This document shows, in pieces, positions 13,001 through 27,079 of a stretch of 64,000 bases of DNA. The notes under the pieces were generated by a model. It was not told where the DNA came from, did not search any database, and was given only the letters and a program-made list of their open reading frames with translations. The stretch lies in contig CP154954.1 in the NCBI GenBank assembly GCA_039621445.1, positions 12,270,716 through 12,334,715 of the forward strand, given 5' to 3'. This DNA comes from Euglena gracilis (taxonomy: Eukaryota). Every line of letters starts with the position of its first letter. Within the stretch, counting starts at the first letter, position 1. The position numbers were made by a program, and so were the translations under genes.

Positions 13001-16000
13001 CCATCCTGAGAAAAATAACAACTTTTTTGCCATACCAAAATGGGACCCATTTCCCAGTGAACAGCCCAGCCATAAATCCAAAAAAAAGTTCCAGACATCA
13101 TTTCTCCCAGAACAAAAAAGACAAAAAACGGCGTAAGAGTGGTCAGATGCTGCAGCATTTTGGCCTCATCTTCACCAGGATCCCTGAACCGCCATTCTTC
13201 TTCTTTTGCAAGTTGGTAAGATTTCATTTCAACAGCACATTTTTCCCATTCAAAGTCGAGTAGCAACAGAAGAAGGTGTCTGAAAGACCTGTGTTGGTCA
13301 TCATTTTCTGTTTCATCCTTGGTACCTAAGTTCTCCTCCCCTACGGTGCCCCCAAACCCTTCTTGGAGTGTGGGCTGGTACCCAATAAGGTGCCCTCCTT
13401 TCTCCTCTCCTCCCACTTTTCCCCCCCCCCTTCTTTGGAGTGTGGCCTGAGGGTCCCCAGCCCCCCTCACCTAACTCTGGGTACCCTTGTCCTTTATGTT
13501 GAGACCTGCCCAAAGCCTTCCTCATCTCCAGCCAGTGAAGAAGTGTTGGAGCTTCTTACCAGCAGGTCGGCAAGTGGGTGATTTGTCAACTGTCGCAATC
13601 AGGGAAGGCGATGGCCGCACAGGGTCGCCAACCTCAAATTTTAAACTGACTAGGTCAGATATTCAATCGATTTTCCAAGAAGAATTTAGAAGCTGATTCC
13701 CGGTTCAACAAAAAAAAAACACACAAAAGACGTGGTCACCCTCCATTTTGGCCCACTGTATTTGGACTTCGCACCTATGGGGACGAGGGGGGAACCAGCC
13801 ATGCGCAAGGGAGGCTTGGAGAACTGGGACAGAAAACAGCAAACGGGGCGGCGGGAGGGCAAGCAGGGAGGACAGCTGCGCGGCGGCGGGGCCAGCGTCT
13901 TGCGTCGGCACGGAGGGGGAGCGGGGTTGTCTGTGGGCGAACAGCGACAAAGGGGGAAGAACACCCGGACCCGGCATCCGCAGAAGTGGACCCGTCCAAA
14001 ACAGCCTCCCATTTCCGTACTCGTTGACCTGTCCTCATAAAGGCCTGTATCCCACCTCTGTGGTGTGTCTGGGTGCAAATGGCGTTTGGTGTTACAAGTT
14101 TTAACAGCATACGTATTGATATTTTAATACAGCTGCAATTGTCGCTTCTAAATGTTTGTCATACATGCACACACATATGCATATGTACATGCAAAAATTT
14201 TATGTGTGTTTATATTTATTGGCATAGTTGGGGAAGCAGGCAATAGCTTCCTTTGTTTTGGGGGAGGCGGATACTTGCTTCCCTCTGGAATTATGGATAA
14301 AATTAAAAGTGCCCATGGTTTTTTCATTTGGGTTCTGTAGGATTTCCATCAGCTAAATATAAACTGGCTACAATCCAGCCGGGCTGCTGCTAAGCACTCA
14401 GCAAATCTGGGCATGGCAGCTGGCGGCGTTGAGGCTGAAAACCATACCCATGCAGTTTAGGCGCTGTTTCGGCCCGAGAAATTGTACAACAAAACAAAAT
14501 TTTTTGCGACTGTGAAAATCCCTGGGTCCAAGGAAATTTATCAGAAAACAGCTTTGCCCAGGAATTGTGTCGTTTACAAAAGGTTAACACTGTTGAACAA
14601 TTGTTGGAGAACATGGTTTCTGGGGGCAGCTTTCCGTAGGCAATTGCAAAATCCAGTCGAGCACATCAAATATGGTCCAGGTGTTAGGTGTTGCAGTGGA
14701 CGTCGGGAAGGCAAATACATGTCCAGCAGACATGCTCAGGAAGGAAGACATAAAGTAGGCACTGAGAAGGCACCATATTGAATTGAATTTTGTGAGACGT
14801 TTTTGGCAGGCATCAGAACACGTCTGGGAACTGTGGCATCTTATCCTAACCAGAGTGGACACTGCACATGACAAACCAAACCCCACCAATAAGTGCATGG
14901 GAGGGTGTGCGCCTTTTTGGAACCTGGTTTCCGGCTGGTCCCTGAAACAGATGGCCCAAATGCAGCCCATATTGCGGCACCGCGCACTCATCAGGAACGC
15001 CCCCAGAGTGCCTCAAAACGGCCAGGTTGCATCAAAATTTTCACCCTTCAAACAGAAATCAATGATTTCCCACTGGACTCAAAAGTGTTGAAAACCGGGA
15101 CATCTTGAAGCCTTTTGGTGTCTTCTGTGCAAGCAACTTTTTATCGACATCCGGGGAGGGGGTCACTTCCACTCTTTCAAAAACCTGTCGGCCACTACCC
15201 CCCTTCCCACCGCCAGGAACGGTCATTCTGGAGTCTAAGGGAAATTGACCAACAAATGTGAAGCAAATGGCCGAAAAAAAGTTCCTTTGCTTTCGGCGAC
15301 AGGCCATTTTTGGTGGGTGTTTGCCCCCCAGGGGGAAGGAGTTGGGGGGAGAATTCTTCAAAAATTTCGACGAATTCGCGCCAAAAAAGATACACCCACC
15401 AGCCCCTACCCCCACCCCGGGGGGGAGGGGGTTCAAGGGACCCACCCACCCTACCCCCTGCCCCCCCCCCGGGGGAGGGGGTCCAAGACTAAAAAAAAAA
15501 CCTCCTGGCCAGAAACCAGTCGGCCACCCCCCCCCCTGGGAGGGGAGGGTCAGGCCATGATTGCATGGCTGGGGACCAGACTGCTTCGGCGTGGTATAGG
15601 GCAATGGCCTGGCCAAAGCGCCAATTTTTGGCGTGGATAGAAAAGTTTGGGAAACGGCCAGTGATAAATTCTTGGAACCCTCTGAGGAGTGGACAAATTA
15701 GAAAACCAAAGCTGGTGCCTGAAAAGACATCCTGCTATTCGCAGGGCTTGAAGGGAGAAGAGGATCAGAGAGCAGTTGCCCAGCAAACTGGTTCTTTGAA
15801 GGTTGCGAGGGACGGTGATGAGTCAGAATCATGGTCTCCTTTGCAAAGAAAAATGGCATAAAACTGAGATTTCTTGTGAGACGCCATGTGAGAAATTTCA
15901 ACCAAGGCAATGTAACATTGCAATTATCTTCATGGTCGTCGTCGTCGTCGTCATCACCATCACCATCATCATCTTCACTGTCGTCAAGCACCTATAGCTG

Positions 16001-16599
16001 ACCCCCAGATTTTCGCCATTTTCGACCATTTTTCGGCCATTTTCGGCCATTTTCGGCCATTTTCGGCCATTTTCGGCCATTTTTTCCTATAGGTGGTGGG
16101 TAAAACTGCCTTAAAATTCTTTCACACCAACAATGCATTTTGATCATTCAGTCAACATGAAAGCAGTTGTGACAAGCTAACGCATCCAAGGAGGTCCATT
16201 TGGAATTAACGCTCAGGGATTGAAGAGGTCAAAGAGTTTTTTGTTGCAATATGCAAATGCAAGGTTTTGGGAATAGGCTTCTTTTTTCCTGCCAAAGTGG
16301 CTCTTGTCCACTTTGGTTCTTTTTGCTGGGGGTTCTTGGGACGCTTCATGAGAGTGGTTGGCACATGACATATTAACTAACCACAATGGTGGGTGGCGAC
16401 ACCAAAACTGGTGCTTTTCTCTTCGAGCCTCTTGGCGTGGATGCTTTTCACAAACAACTTCCCTTCACCCATCCCAACTTGATACCCCAAGCAACATTGT
16501 TTGATGGTGGCACTGCTAGATCCCATCCACTTGTGTGCAATAAACCTAATGAAGGCACCACACCTTTTACGGAGAAAAAAACACTTCACATACTTTGCC

Positions 16600-16862
16600 C
16601 AGGCTTCTTTTTAAGGCCCCCGGGGGGGGGGCCACCCACCCAGAGTGGCGCGGGACCCCCCCCGGGGGGGGGGGGGGGCGGGGACCCCCCAAAATCGGGC
16701 CCGTTAAAGGCAATTTTCAAAAATTTTCAGCGCTTTGCGCCGAAAAGGTATACCCGGCGCGGGACCCCCCCCCGGGGAGGGGGGTCCGGCCCCGGACCCA
16801 CCCACCCACCCCCCCTCCCCCCCGGGGGGGGGGGGGGGTCAGGTGACTTAAAAAGAAGCCTG
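16600..16862. mobile_element. hAT-like MITE nested in the 15983-18388 element
   Basis: TIR CAGGCTTCTTTTTAAG / CTTAAAAAGAAGCCTG with 8-bp TSD ACTTTGCC / TCTTTGCC (1 mismatch). Related ends at ~12588-12868. Confidence 0.75.
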
Positions 16863-17194
16863 TCTTTGCCTCACCTTGTCACCACAATTTTCTGAAATGT
16901 CATTAAAACCATCAGCTTTGGCCCAAAATAACCCATTCGGAGATGCTTCTTTGAGCAACATGTGTTCCACGGTCAGGCATAATGGCAGGCAAAGAGAGGC
17001 ATGATTTCAAAGAAGCCTTGATGTAAAATGTCATCCGTCATGTTGAGACGATCATCCGTCTAGATGTGGAGAAATTGGGAGAAAATGCACTCAGCTTGAG
17101 CGGCAGAACAAAAACAAAACAAAGCAAGCAAGCATGTGATTGGCCCATAATGTTGAAATATTGGCATCAAATGCGCTCACCCAATTGTCCAATG

Positions 17195-17660
17195 TCTGCA
17201 TCTTGCCCAACATCGCATCTTGTCCAGCATCTACATCTTGTCCAATATCTACATCCATTGCATCAGCAACCACTGCACAACCACTTGTCTGGTGTGTGCA
17301 TCTTGTTCAATACCTGCATCTTGTCAAGATCTTGATGTTGTCCAGTATCTGCATCCATTGCATCTTGTCCAGCATCTGCATCTTGTCCAGCATCAACATC
17401 TTGTCCAGCATCTGCATCTTGTCCAGCATCAACATCTTGTCCAGCATCTGCACCTTGTCCAGTGTCTCCATCTTGTCCAGCATCTGCATCTTGAACAACA
17501 TCTACATCTTGTCCAGCATCTGCATCTTGAACAACATCCACGTCTTGTGCAGTGTCTGCATCTTGTCCAGTGTCGACATCTTGTCCAGTGTCTGCATCTT
17601 GTTCAGCATCTGCATCCATTGCATCTTGTCCATTATCTGCAACCACTGCATCCACTGGCT
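17195..17660. repeat. 18-bp minisatellite (CATCTTGTCCAGCATCTG)n
   Basis: ~20 degenerate units, with occasional CATCCATTG inserts. Confidence 0.9.
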
Positions 17661-19486
17661 CCCAACCTAATAAAATGACCACAGAAACCTCAAAAATGAC
17701 CCCAAAAAGCCTAAAATCGACCCCAAAAAGCCCCAAAAAGCATCCAAAATGACCTAAAATGGTTTCAAATAACCTAAAAAACGCCAACAATGTCCACAAA
17801 AAATTATAAAAAATAACCCGAAATCACCAAAACGATGCAAAATGGCCAAAAATGCCATAAAATGTGCTCATATTGACCCAAATTAGCCCAATATTTGCCA
17901 AATCAGTGCAAATTATCCCCAAAATTAGCAAAAATTGATCCAAAATGGCCAAGATGGGTGCAATACTGGAGATTTGTGGAGAAATTATCCTAAAAATGGG
18001 TTTAATTCTTCAAAATAAAAAAAATGCCAGCATCGCCCTTGTCACTAAAATTTTCTGAAATGCCATCAAAACATTCAGCTTTGGCCCAAATAACCCTTTC
18101 AGAGGCGGTTCTTTGAGCAGCATGTGTTGCAGGGCCAGGCATAATAACAAAAGGAGAGAGGCTGCACAGAGACAAGAATCAGTCGCACTGAAAATTGCCC
18201 CTCAGGGAAAGAGCAACTGTTAGGCAAAAAAAACACAAAAAAAATTCCAACAAATTTTTTCTCATTTCCAACCATTGTCGGCCATTTTGTCGGCCACCCA
18301 TTGTCGGCCACCCCCACCTATAGAGCCCAAAATTTCAATTTCGGCCATTTTCGGCCATTTTCGGCCATTTTTACTATAGGTGCTTGACTGTCGTCGTCGT
18401 TGTTGTCGTCGTTGTCGTCGTCGTTGTCGTCGTCGTTATCGTCATCATTATTAATCAAATAATGTGGTGGCATCACACATGGTGATAATCATACTGGAAT
18501 CACCATCGTCGTCGTCATTCCTATTAATATTGTTCTTATTGTTAGTGCTGCCGTTGCTCAATGCCCTCCTCCTCATTGTTGCTTCTGGTGCTGACATTAT
18601 ATTATATTGTATGCTTGAAACCTTTTGGCATTTTGGGAGTCAATTACCAAAGTGGTGTTGGGTGGGTTCAAAAAAAATTTATGTCAAGAACTGTGTTTGG
18701 GCCAAGAGTTAGGGGGAGCGTGGGGATGGGGCCGAAGGCATCGTGGCTGGTCGCCCCCCGGGCCCCCTAAAAACCTTGGCCCAAAACGCTGTTCTTGGTC
18801 TGATACCGTCTGTGGGCGAAGATCTAAGGCTTTCACTGTCTCAAAATCAGCCCAAACACGGGCTTGATAAGGGTTTGGTGGGTTCAAAAAAAATTTAAAA
18901 ATAAGACCCTTTGCTGGAGAGATCCACAAACAGGCCTTAGAGAACAAGCGTTGCTGACACAATGAGAACAAATGTACCCTTGACGAAATCTGCAACTTGT
19001 CCGAGCTTTTCCCGCACACAAAAACAAGTCGTCCAACTCAACAGCATTTGGGCCGTATGGTACGGTCCATTTTTCTGAAACTCGTTTTTTTCTGGCTGGC
19101 CAAAGGAAGGGGGAGGACTGAGACCAGGGTTTGATGTTCAGTCACCAGGGATGAGGGTGAGAGACACTCCATACCTTGACCCTACAGCCTCAAAATCAAA
19201 CCCTGACCGAGACTGAGCAAGCGTGCTTCCCACACCTGATGAAGAGTCGAAGCGTTGGGACGAGGGAATTTATAACAGCAGAATTTTGTTGCGGGGTTGA
19301 GGGCAGAGGACCACGTAAGCAGTAGTTCCCTCTGATGCTGGCTTAGGCTTCAGGTCAGCGAAGCTTGAATATAACATCAGGTTGAAAAAAAGTGTTTGTG
19401 TGGCAACCCTTTTCAAACTGGATTGGAGATGGGAAGCGTCAACGAGCAAACACATAATTGCAAATAGCTTTTTTATTACCATTAAT

Positions 19487-19608
<122 letters not shown>

Positions 19609-21140
19609 TAGATGTAAAAAAAAAAAGCTCAAACCACAAATTCACCGCATTGGTGAACTGTGTGGACAACAACCGAACAATACGTGGTCAACTGCGTTAG
19701 GCGTGGTTTTATTTTTGCAGATGCTGTGACTATGAATGAGCTCTAGGAAGAAGATGCTGCTTTCAAAGAATTCGAATGAAATAATCTTTCTCAGCATGTA
19801 CTTCAGGAAAGAACAACCACTTCCTAAACTAGATTTTTAACTCTTCCATTAAATATGTCCCAATAGTCCAGTACTTCGATTCACCAACCCTCGGGGGTAT
19901 CTTGTGCTATGGGGGTTGCAGGAAGTTTCAGTCAGGAGGACCCTGGGACCTTCCCGGGGGTGTGGTTAGCAACTTTTTGGCTGCAGCCAGTGGAAATACC
20001 AGTGGACCACCCAGGGGCACTTAGCAAAGGCCTGGCGACGAATAGTTGGGTAAATAATAACCAAAAAAAGCTGAATTCCAAGTGTATAGCCCCCACCAAC
20101 CTGTCCTCATGGGGTATCTCTGACCTAGCTTCTTTTTAAGGAAGGTTGCACTCCCCCCCTCCCCCGGTGGTGGTATGGACAGGGGGGGGGGGCATCTTGA
20201 CCCCTTCCTGGGGGGGGGGGTCAGGTTTGGGGGGGGGGGGTATGTGGCACACCCACACCGAAAAGGGACCTTTTCAAGTTGAAATTGGTTTGGTTGGACG
20301 GCACTGGGACCCAAAACTGAACCAACCAAAATCACCACAGAAATGACAAAATATGGATGGAAAAAAAAATGCAAAAAAAAACCCAAGAAACAGCAGTGAC
20401 CAAAATGACATAAAAAGACCTGAAATGGCCCCAAAATAGCCAGCAATGGCCAAAGATGGTGAAGATGTCCGAAAACCACCAAAGAGGCCGGAAAATGCCG
20501 GAAATACAACGATACTTGCTCATACACTACAATACTTGCTCATTTGAACTAAATTTACTCGAAGTGGCCCGAATTGGAAAAAATTGGTGCTACATGTCAT
20601 GCATTTTCTGCACCACTCCAGATTAATCAAGGTGTTGTGGGCCTAACAAAAGCAAACCTTCAATGCTTCTCTGGCGAAATTATAGATTTCTGCCCTAGTG
20701 GAAGAAAAAATTGGTTCGAGTCCACTATAAAAAATACAATAGTGTCACAAAAAAGATTAAGAGGGTGTTCAATTGTGAAGGATTTGGTATTTTTGCTCAT
20801 TCATGGAAGAATTTGTTGCAGTTAATTCAGCGAGTAATGAGATCATTGGGATCTGCTGGAAGGTACCCCTTGACAAGGCACAACACAAGGCACGTTGAGA
20901 GAAACACATATATTAAGCGATTGGAGGTTGTGTGGGGAGGGCATGGCTTGAAAAGGGGAAATGCCATCTCTGCTGGCTTTGCTCGCACTTTGCGGTCAAA
21001 GAGGAAAACGAATATGTTAGCTCTGACCATCAAGGGGTGCAAACTCGCTCATTTGATGGCTGCTCCCTTCTCCTTTGCTCCTGTCCCCAGGACTTTTTGC
21101 ACACAGTTGAGGTGGGAAATCATCCAGGCAACTGGCGTAT

Positions 21141-21872
21141 ATACATACATACATACATACATACATACATACATACATACATACATACATACATACATAC
21201 ATACATACATACATACATACATACATACATACATACATACATACATACATACATACATACATACAGATAGACATACAGACATACAGACATACATACATAC
21301 ATACATACATACATACATACATACATACATACATACATACATACATACATACATACATACATACATACATACATACATACATACATACATACATACATAC
21401 ATACATACAGACATACATACATACATACATACATACATACATACATACATACATACATACATACATACATACATACATACATACATACATACATACATAC
21501 ATACATACATACATACATACATACATACATACATACATACATACATACATACATACATACATACATACATACATACATACATACATACATACATACATAC
21601 ATACATACATACATACATACATACATACATACATACAACATACATACATACATACATACATACATACATACATACATACATACATACATACATACATACA
21701 TACATACATACATACATACATACATACATACATACATACATACATACATACATACATACATACATACATACATACATACATACGTACGTACGTACGTACG
21801 TACGTACATACATACATACATACATACATACATACATACATACATACATACATACATACATACATACATACA

Positions 21873-21903
<31 letters not shown>

Positions 21904-21920
21904 GCATGCATGCATACATA
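21141..21920. repeat. (ATAC)n tetranucleotide microsatellite
   Basis: ~780 bp, with AGAC and GTAC variants. Confidence 0.98.
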
Positions 21921-23577
21921 CATAAATACATACATATACCCATATACATATATACATATATGCTGGCTGTGACAAGTAGCAAGTTGACCGACCCCTGCCC
22001 TCCGCGTCGCAAACGACTCAATATGCGTCGAGGGGGAGGAGGGAAAGCTAGAGAGAGCAGAAGGGGAAGATTAGGGTGGGAACCAAAGAGAACGCAACCA
22101 AAACTAAGAGCAAATAACCTGTCTCTTTTCGCAGCAACCAGTGGCATTGGAAGCCCAAGCACAATTCATTGCCTGCAAGAGAGTGGTCCAGCAAGTTGTG
22201 TGTTTGAGACATGGTCACAACAGTGGGACATGCTTTTTTGTTTGCTGATTTGCTCCCCCAAAAAAAACCCGAAATACCAAAAAAAATGGTAATTTTGGAA
22301 GGTGTCAATAAAATTTCTGGCGCCTCACGCCGGTTGATGGAAAGTCATTTTCCCAGCTGGAGCTGCAAGCAGACCGGGGGGGGGGTTCTCAAGAAATTCC
22401 ACTGGCCGATTAGGAGATACCCGTCTTCGTTGGGATGAGGTTAGGCACCATAGGAAGTTGACACCGGAGAAAGCGGGTTCAGGCAATGATGCACGGGCCT
22501 TTGGGGTGGTCCCTGGCATCCGACTTGGGCAGCGGATCAAAGGGAGCTTCCCCCAGTGAGGACGTGGGGGGGGGGGGGTCCAGAACCCCCCCCCATGTCC
22601 TCATGATCAATGATCAAGCACACGGATGATCAAATGGCTCCGCCCCCGCCACCTCAAGCCCCCTCCTGCACCCCGGGGTGGGGGCGTCTTGGACGATTCT
22701 GTTGGCGTTTCCTGGAAATTGTCCTGAACGGATCCCAGACACGCCACGGGTGTCGGGAAGGGCCCAACTCGGGGGATTTGCGAATTCTCAGGCTTGGGCC
22801 TGGTCCAGGGGGGTCTGGTCGCCTGCCAGGCTGGGTGTCTGGGAAAAAACCACATGAACCCAAACTCCAAAAAATCCTAAAAATTCCATTTTTGACCAAG
22901 TTTTTTTATCCATATTTTTCAACAAATGTCTACAGCCTGGCTTTGCAACTGTATTTCAGCTCAGAGGATAGAAAACTTGCGCTGGCTGGAAAGAAGGCTG
23001 CTGGCTGACCCCCCCCTCTCCCCCCCAATGGGTTCCCCGGCTGGAACTAAGCCCGACCCGGAGCAGAGCTGGGTTCCCAAAAAAAAATCGAAAATGCAAA
23101 ATCCCCCAATAAACTGTCAGCTGTGCAAAAAAAGAAAATTGATGCTTCACCCTAATTTGCCCTGGCAATATATTCACTTAGTGACCGTCGGGTCAGGATA
23201 CTTGCCCGGCCAAAGGCCGGGCTGGAAAACAATTTTCAGCGCTTTTGGCCGCTTCCGGCTGGATTTTTGGGTGAGTGGGTGGGTGGTTGACCCCCCTGGG
23301 GAGGGGGTTGGGTGGGTGGGTGGGTTTTCGAGAGAGAAAAAAAGTGGGTGGGTGATTTAGGCCCGGGGAAAAGTGCCCCCCACCCCCCACTGGCCACTGG
23401 GGGGAGGGGGGTGAGCCACCCACCCACCCACTCTCGAAAACCCACTCCCAAGGGGGGTGGGGTCACACAAGTGTTAAGTGAATCCATGGCCCTGGCCCAC
23501 CCTTTTGCAATTTGAACACCATTTTTTGCCCACGTTTTTTCCCATTTTTGCACCTGCGAAAGAAAATACGTCGCCAT

Positions 23578-24691
23578 CTTAGGCGGCCTAACTCGCACTA
23601 GCTTTGAAAGTGACTGTAAATTTGCGCCGACGCGCAATGCCAAAAAAAATTCTGTTTTCGAACACCGAGGCCTGAGACTCGAGACAGCCCGCATTAGTGT
23701 CTCCCTGCACCCCCTGGGCCTGGGGACGAAACCAACGACTTGGAACTCTGCGGTCTACGGGCACAGCGCTCCCGGGGCCAAGTGTGCATGAACACAAAGC
23801 GCTGGGTGATGAAACGAGGTGACTCCACTGCGCAGTTGCGCTTTGGCGCAACGATTTTTTTTCATTACAAAAATAAAACGCTTCGGCTCACCAAACCCGC
23901 ACACTGGCCGTGCAGAGTGGGGCCTCCGACACACCGTCACACATCAGAGGGAATCCTATAAGCTCAGGGGCTTCTGTTATGCATTGCGCTTAAGCGCTTA
24001 ATCACAATGTATTTACATTGCGTTTAAGCGCAATGTAAAATTTTTGTGCTTCGGCGCAATGTCCATAACCATTGCCTTCTGTGCCCATCATTGTGGGGCC
24101 TGGCGTTGCTCACCAGACGTTAGGACAGGTCCCTGGGCTTGCCCTCAATAGCCCCAACACCCCCCACCTGGGTGGTTCGCTGTAACGCTCCTCGCACTTC
24201 AAGCACCCAGCGATCACAACTCTGTGACATGCCGTTTTTTCCAACTTTTCACAACGTGTATGTAGAGTCCACCTTCTGGATGCCTCAGCAGACAACCCTT
24301 CACAGACACATCGCAGAGCCCACCAAAAAAAAAGCAACAAAAAGGGCCAAATTACACCCAGCCTGTGTAGCACCATCCGGGGAACACAGTCAAGGCTTCA
24401 AAAACTCGCAACGGGGATTTGACCCTTTTTGGGAAAATTCACGTGTCCCAGAGTTCAAACCCAGGGTTTTGAACCTTTTTCAAAATGGTGCACAGGCTGA
24501 AAAACACCAAAATTGGGCCTGTTCCCCGGGGCCCAACATCGGCAAATGATGCACACGCCACCGTGGAGGGTCTCCGTGGAACCAGAGGGTAAAAAGGGTG
24601 GGTTTCACCGCCGGGTTTCAAAAAGATTGAAAATTTGCGCCAAAGCGCAAGCTAAAAATCAAAACCTTAAGTGCGAGTTTGGCCACTTAAG
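23578..24691. mobile_element. Non-autonomous ~1.1-kb member of the CTTAGGCGGCC-TIR family
   Basis: Left CTTAGGCGGCCTAACTCGCACTAG (23578-), right CTTAAGTGCGAGTTTGGCCACTTAAG (24666-24691). Flanks GCCAT / ACCAT. Internal GCGCA motifs, no transposase ORF. Confidence 0.7.
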
Positions 24692-26912
24692 ACCATCCAG
24701 CCTTACCGTAAATCCGTTGCCTTGCATTTTTTGGGCAGCTGGGAAATAAATTAAACTCGTCGATGAGGGAGGGGGGTCCAGGGCTGGAAAAAGGCTGCTT
24801 GGCTGAGGGTTGATGGCTGGCTGGACCCACCCTCAGAAGAAGATGGGGTGCGCTTCGGCTTACGTGACGACCTGCAGCGGGGGGGGGGGGTCGGCAGCGA
24901 AATGTCTCCTACCCCTGAACCTGCTGGTCTGTGTTGTACTGGGGGAGAATCTGACCGGGAAAAATTGCTGAGGGGAAAAATTGTGTTGGGAAAAATATTG
25001 GCAAATCCTTAAAATGTCGGGGAAACTTATGAAAGCTCGCTGAACATGGTTGTTAATTAATCTGGACAAAAAAATATTGTGAAGCCACTGTTTCAGAAAA
25101 ATACAAAAGATTTCACCAAATCCTGAGGTTTTCACAAACCCCAAACTCAAATGCTGGTAAAATATTCAAGTCCAAAACTGCAAAATAAAGCAAAAAAGCA
25201 CATTCCTTCATGTTGAAAGATCACCACATTCCGAACAGGTGATTTGGAACAAAAGTACATCCCGGAAAATGGCACAAAGCACCAAAGAAAAATATTTAGG
25301 TGTTCAATGGAGGAAATTGGATTTGTCTTAAATTTGCCAGAAAAAACCCCGAACGGATCCTTAAAATGGTGGGGAAAATCCTGGACAAAATTTCGTCCAG
25401 AATTTTTCCCATAGGTCCCCCCCACCACACAAGTTCAAGTCTCCCCCTCCCAGTAACAATCTTAAGCAGAGTTAACTTCCATCATGATTTTTGACACTTT
25501 TTTCCCCATGGTGCATACTTTGAAGAAAAAAAATTGGTTGTCTTGAAACCTGGACCTTCTGATTGACAAGAGAGAGCGGGCTCAAAAAGAGGGCTTGACC
25601 CCCCTGTTTTGGTTTTTGGTGTATCTGGGTCACTCAATTCTGGGCTGGTTTGGGTTTGGAAATGGGGAAAAAATGCTTTTTATGAGTTTGAATCTCCCGC
25701 AATCCTAAATATAGGTATCTGGGATGGGCGAGGGCGTTGCTGCAAGACTGGGTTAAAGTGCAGAATAATTGCACGTTGGGAATGAAACCATCGGGCGGAA
25801 ACTTAAAAACACTTGCAAAAAACAATCAGCACGTGACCCATTAGCAAAAACCAATTGACAAAGAAAGGCAACGTACCAAAGGCGCGGTTTCAATGAGGGA
25901 CGCACTGGCCGGAAGTGTTTTGCGGTCCCCCCTCCCTCTGGGGGGCCTGGAGGCCAGCTGGCAGCAGCTGGCTGGGGAAAAAATGATGGCTGGCTGGATC
26001 CCCCCCCCCCCCGGGAGGTAGGGTCACCTCCAGCTCAAGAAAACCCCTGCAACAGAGACATTTGCAGACTGGCGCAGGAGGCCAGAGACCTTTGAAGGAG
26101 TATGGGTCATGCACAAAAGGGGTAGGGAGACTGACTGCACCGGTGGAGCAGGGTGTAGGTCTGGGCTTTGGGATGGGAACAGCCAGGATTCGGGGGCAGA
26201 GGACTTCTTGAAGGGGATTAGCTCAACTCAAGAGTAAATTTTGGGTAAAAAAAATGGGCAGAGAACAACCACCCTGCAAGTGGGTGTCCCAGCCGGAGCA
26301 TGAACTTGAACCCCCTTCCCCAATTTGTAATGGTTTGACAACACCAAAAATGATTTTTTTTATATAAAAAAAACAGATCGCTTGCACTCCAGGGGGGGGG
26401 GCACTAGTATGACAGGGCCATATAATGCACTGTTACCCAACTTCGGGGGCTCCGAAACCACTCTACCCCGCCGCCTTTTCGGTCGCATAGCTGAATGACA
26501 GATGAGGAAAATGGGGTTAATGATAGGGATAGGGTTAGGTTGCAATTAAATTCTTTGGATGCAGGTGAGGCCTCAAATTAGGAGGAATTTCTGGGATTCA
26601 GTCTTTCTTCGGCCTCAAATTCCTACCCCCCCCCGGGCGCTTGGCCTGGCCATGATTGAAGGACCCGGGCTAACCCTATCCCGATTCCTTTCCCTAACCC
26701 CAATCCTTTTACCAAGGGTGTGTGGAACTCTCCTCCCCGTAGCGGAAACAACCGAAATTCCCCAGGAGGGATCATGAGGTCATGGGGCATGGGATCATGG
26801 GGTCGGAGGGAGAACAGGCCAAATCGCTCATCGGTCCCACTTGTATGACACAGGGGGCGGGGGTCGCCATACCCCTCATATCACACCAGTGACACTGTTT
26901 GAGGCTGATGCA

Positions 26913-27043
26913 TGTATATGTATGTATGCATATGTATATGTGTGTATGTATGTATGTATGTATGTATGTATGTATGTATGTATGTATGTATGTATGTATG
27001 TATGTATGTATGTATGTATGTATGTATGTATTTATGTATATAC

Positions 27044-27075
<32 letters not shown>
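26913..27075. repeat. (TATG)n plus (TA)n/(CA)n microsatellite
   Basis: Visible tandem array. Confidence 0.95.

Positions 27076-27079
<4 letters not shown>

Larger units (their letters stand above)
15983..18388. mobile_element. Non-autonomous TIR element (15-bp TIR, apparent 4-bp TSD)
   Basis: Perfect inverted ends GTCAAGCACCTATAG (15983-15997) / CTATAGGTGCTTGAC (18374-18388). TGTC lies on both flanks, but within a GTC tract so the TSD is ambiguous. TTTTCGGCCA subterminal arrays at both ends. Absent from the other R copies. Confidence 0.75.
12870..19000. repeat. Long dispersed repeat 'R', copy 1 (interrupted by insertions)
   Basis: Blocks 12870-13270, 13430-14120, 14440-14900, 15620-15980 and 18610-18910 match, in the same order, blocks at 37190-41506 and partly at 42600-45149. 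Example shared strings: CATACCAAAATGGGACCCATTTCCCAG, GAGCACATCAAATATGGTCCAGG, AGAAAACCAAAGCTGGTGCCTGAA. Boundaries approximate. Confidence 0.8.

Noticed and set aside
20711-22162. (YIHT)n and (MYVC)n ORFs
   Set aside because: Translations of the (ATAC)n tetranucleotide repeat.
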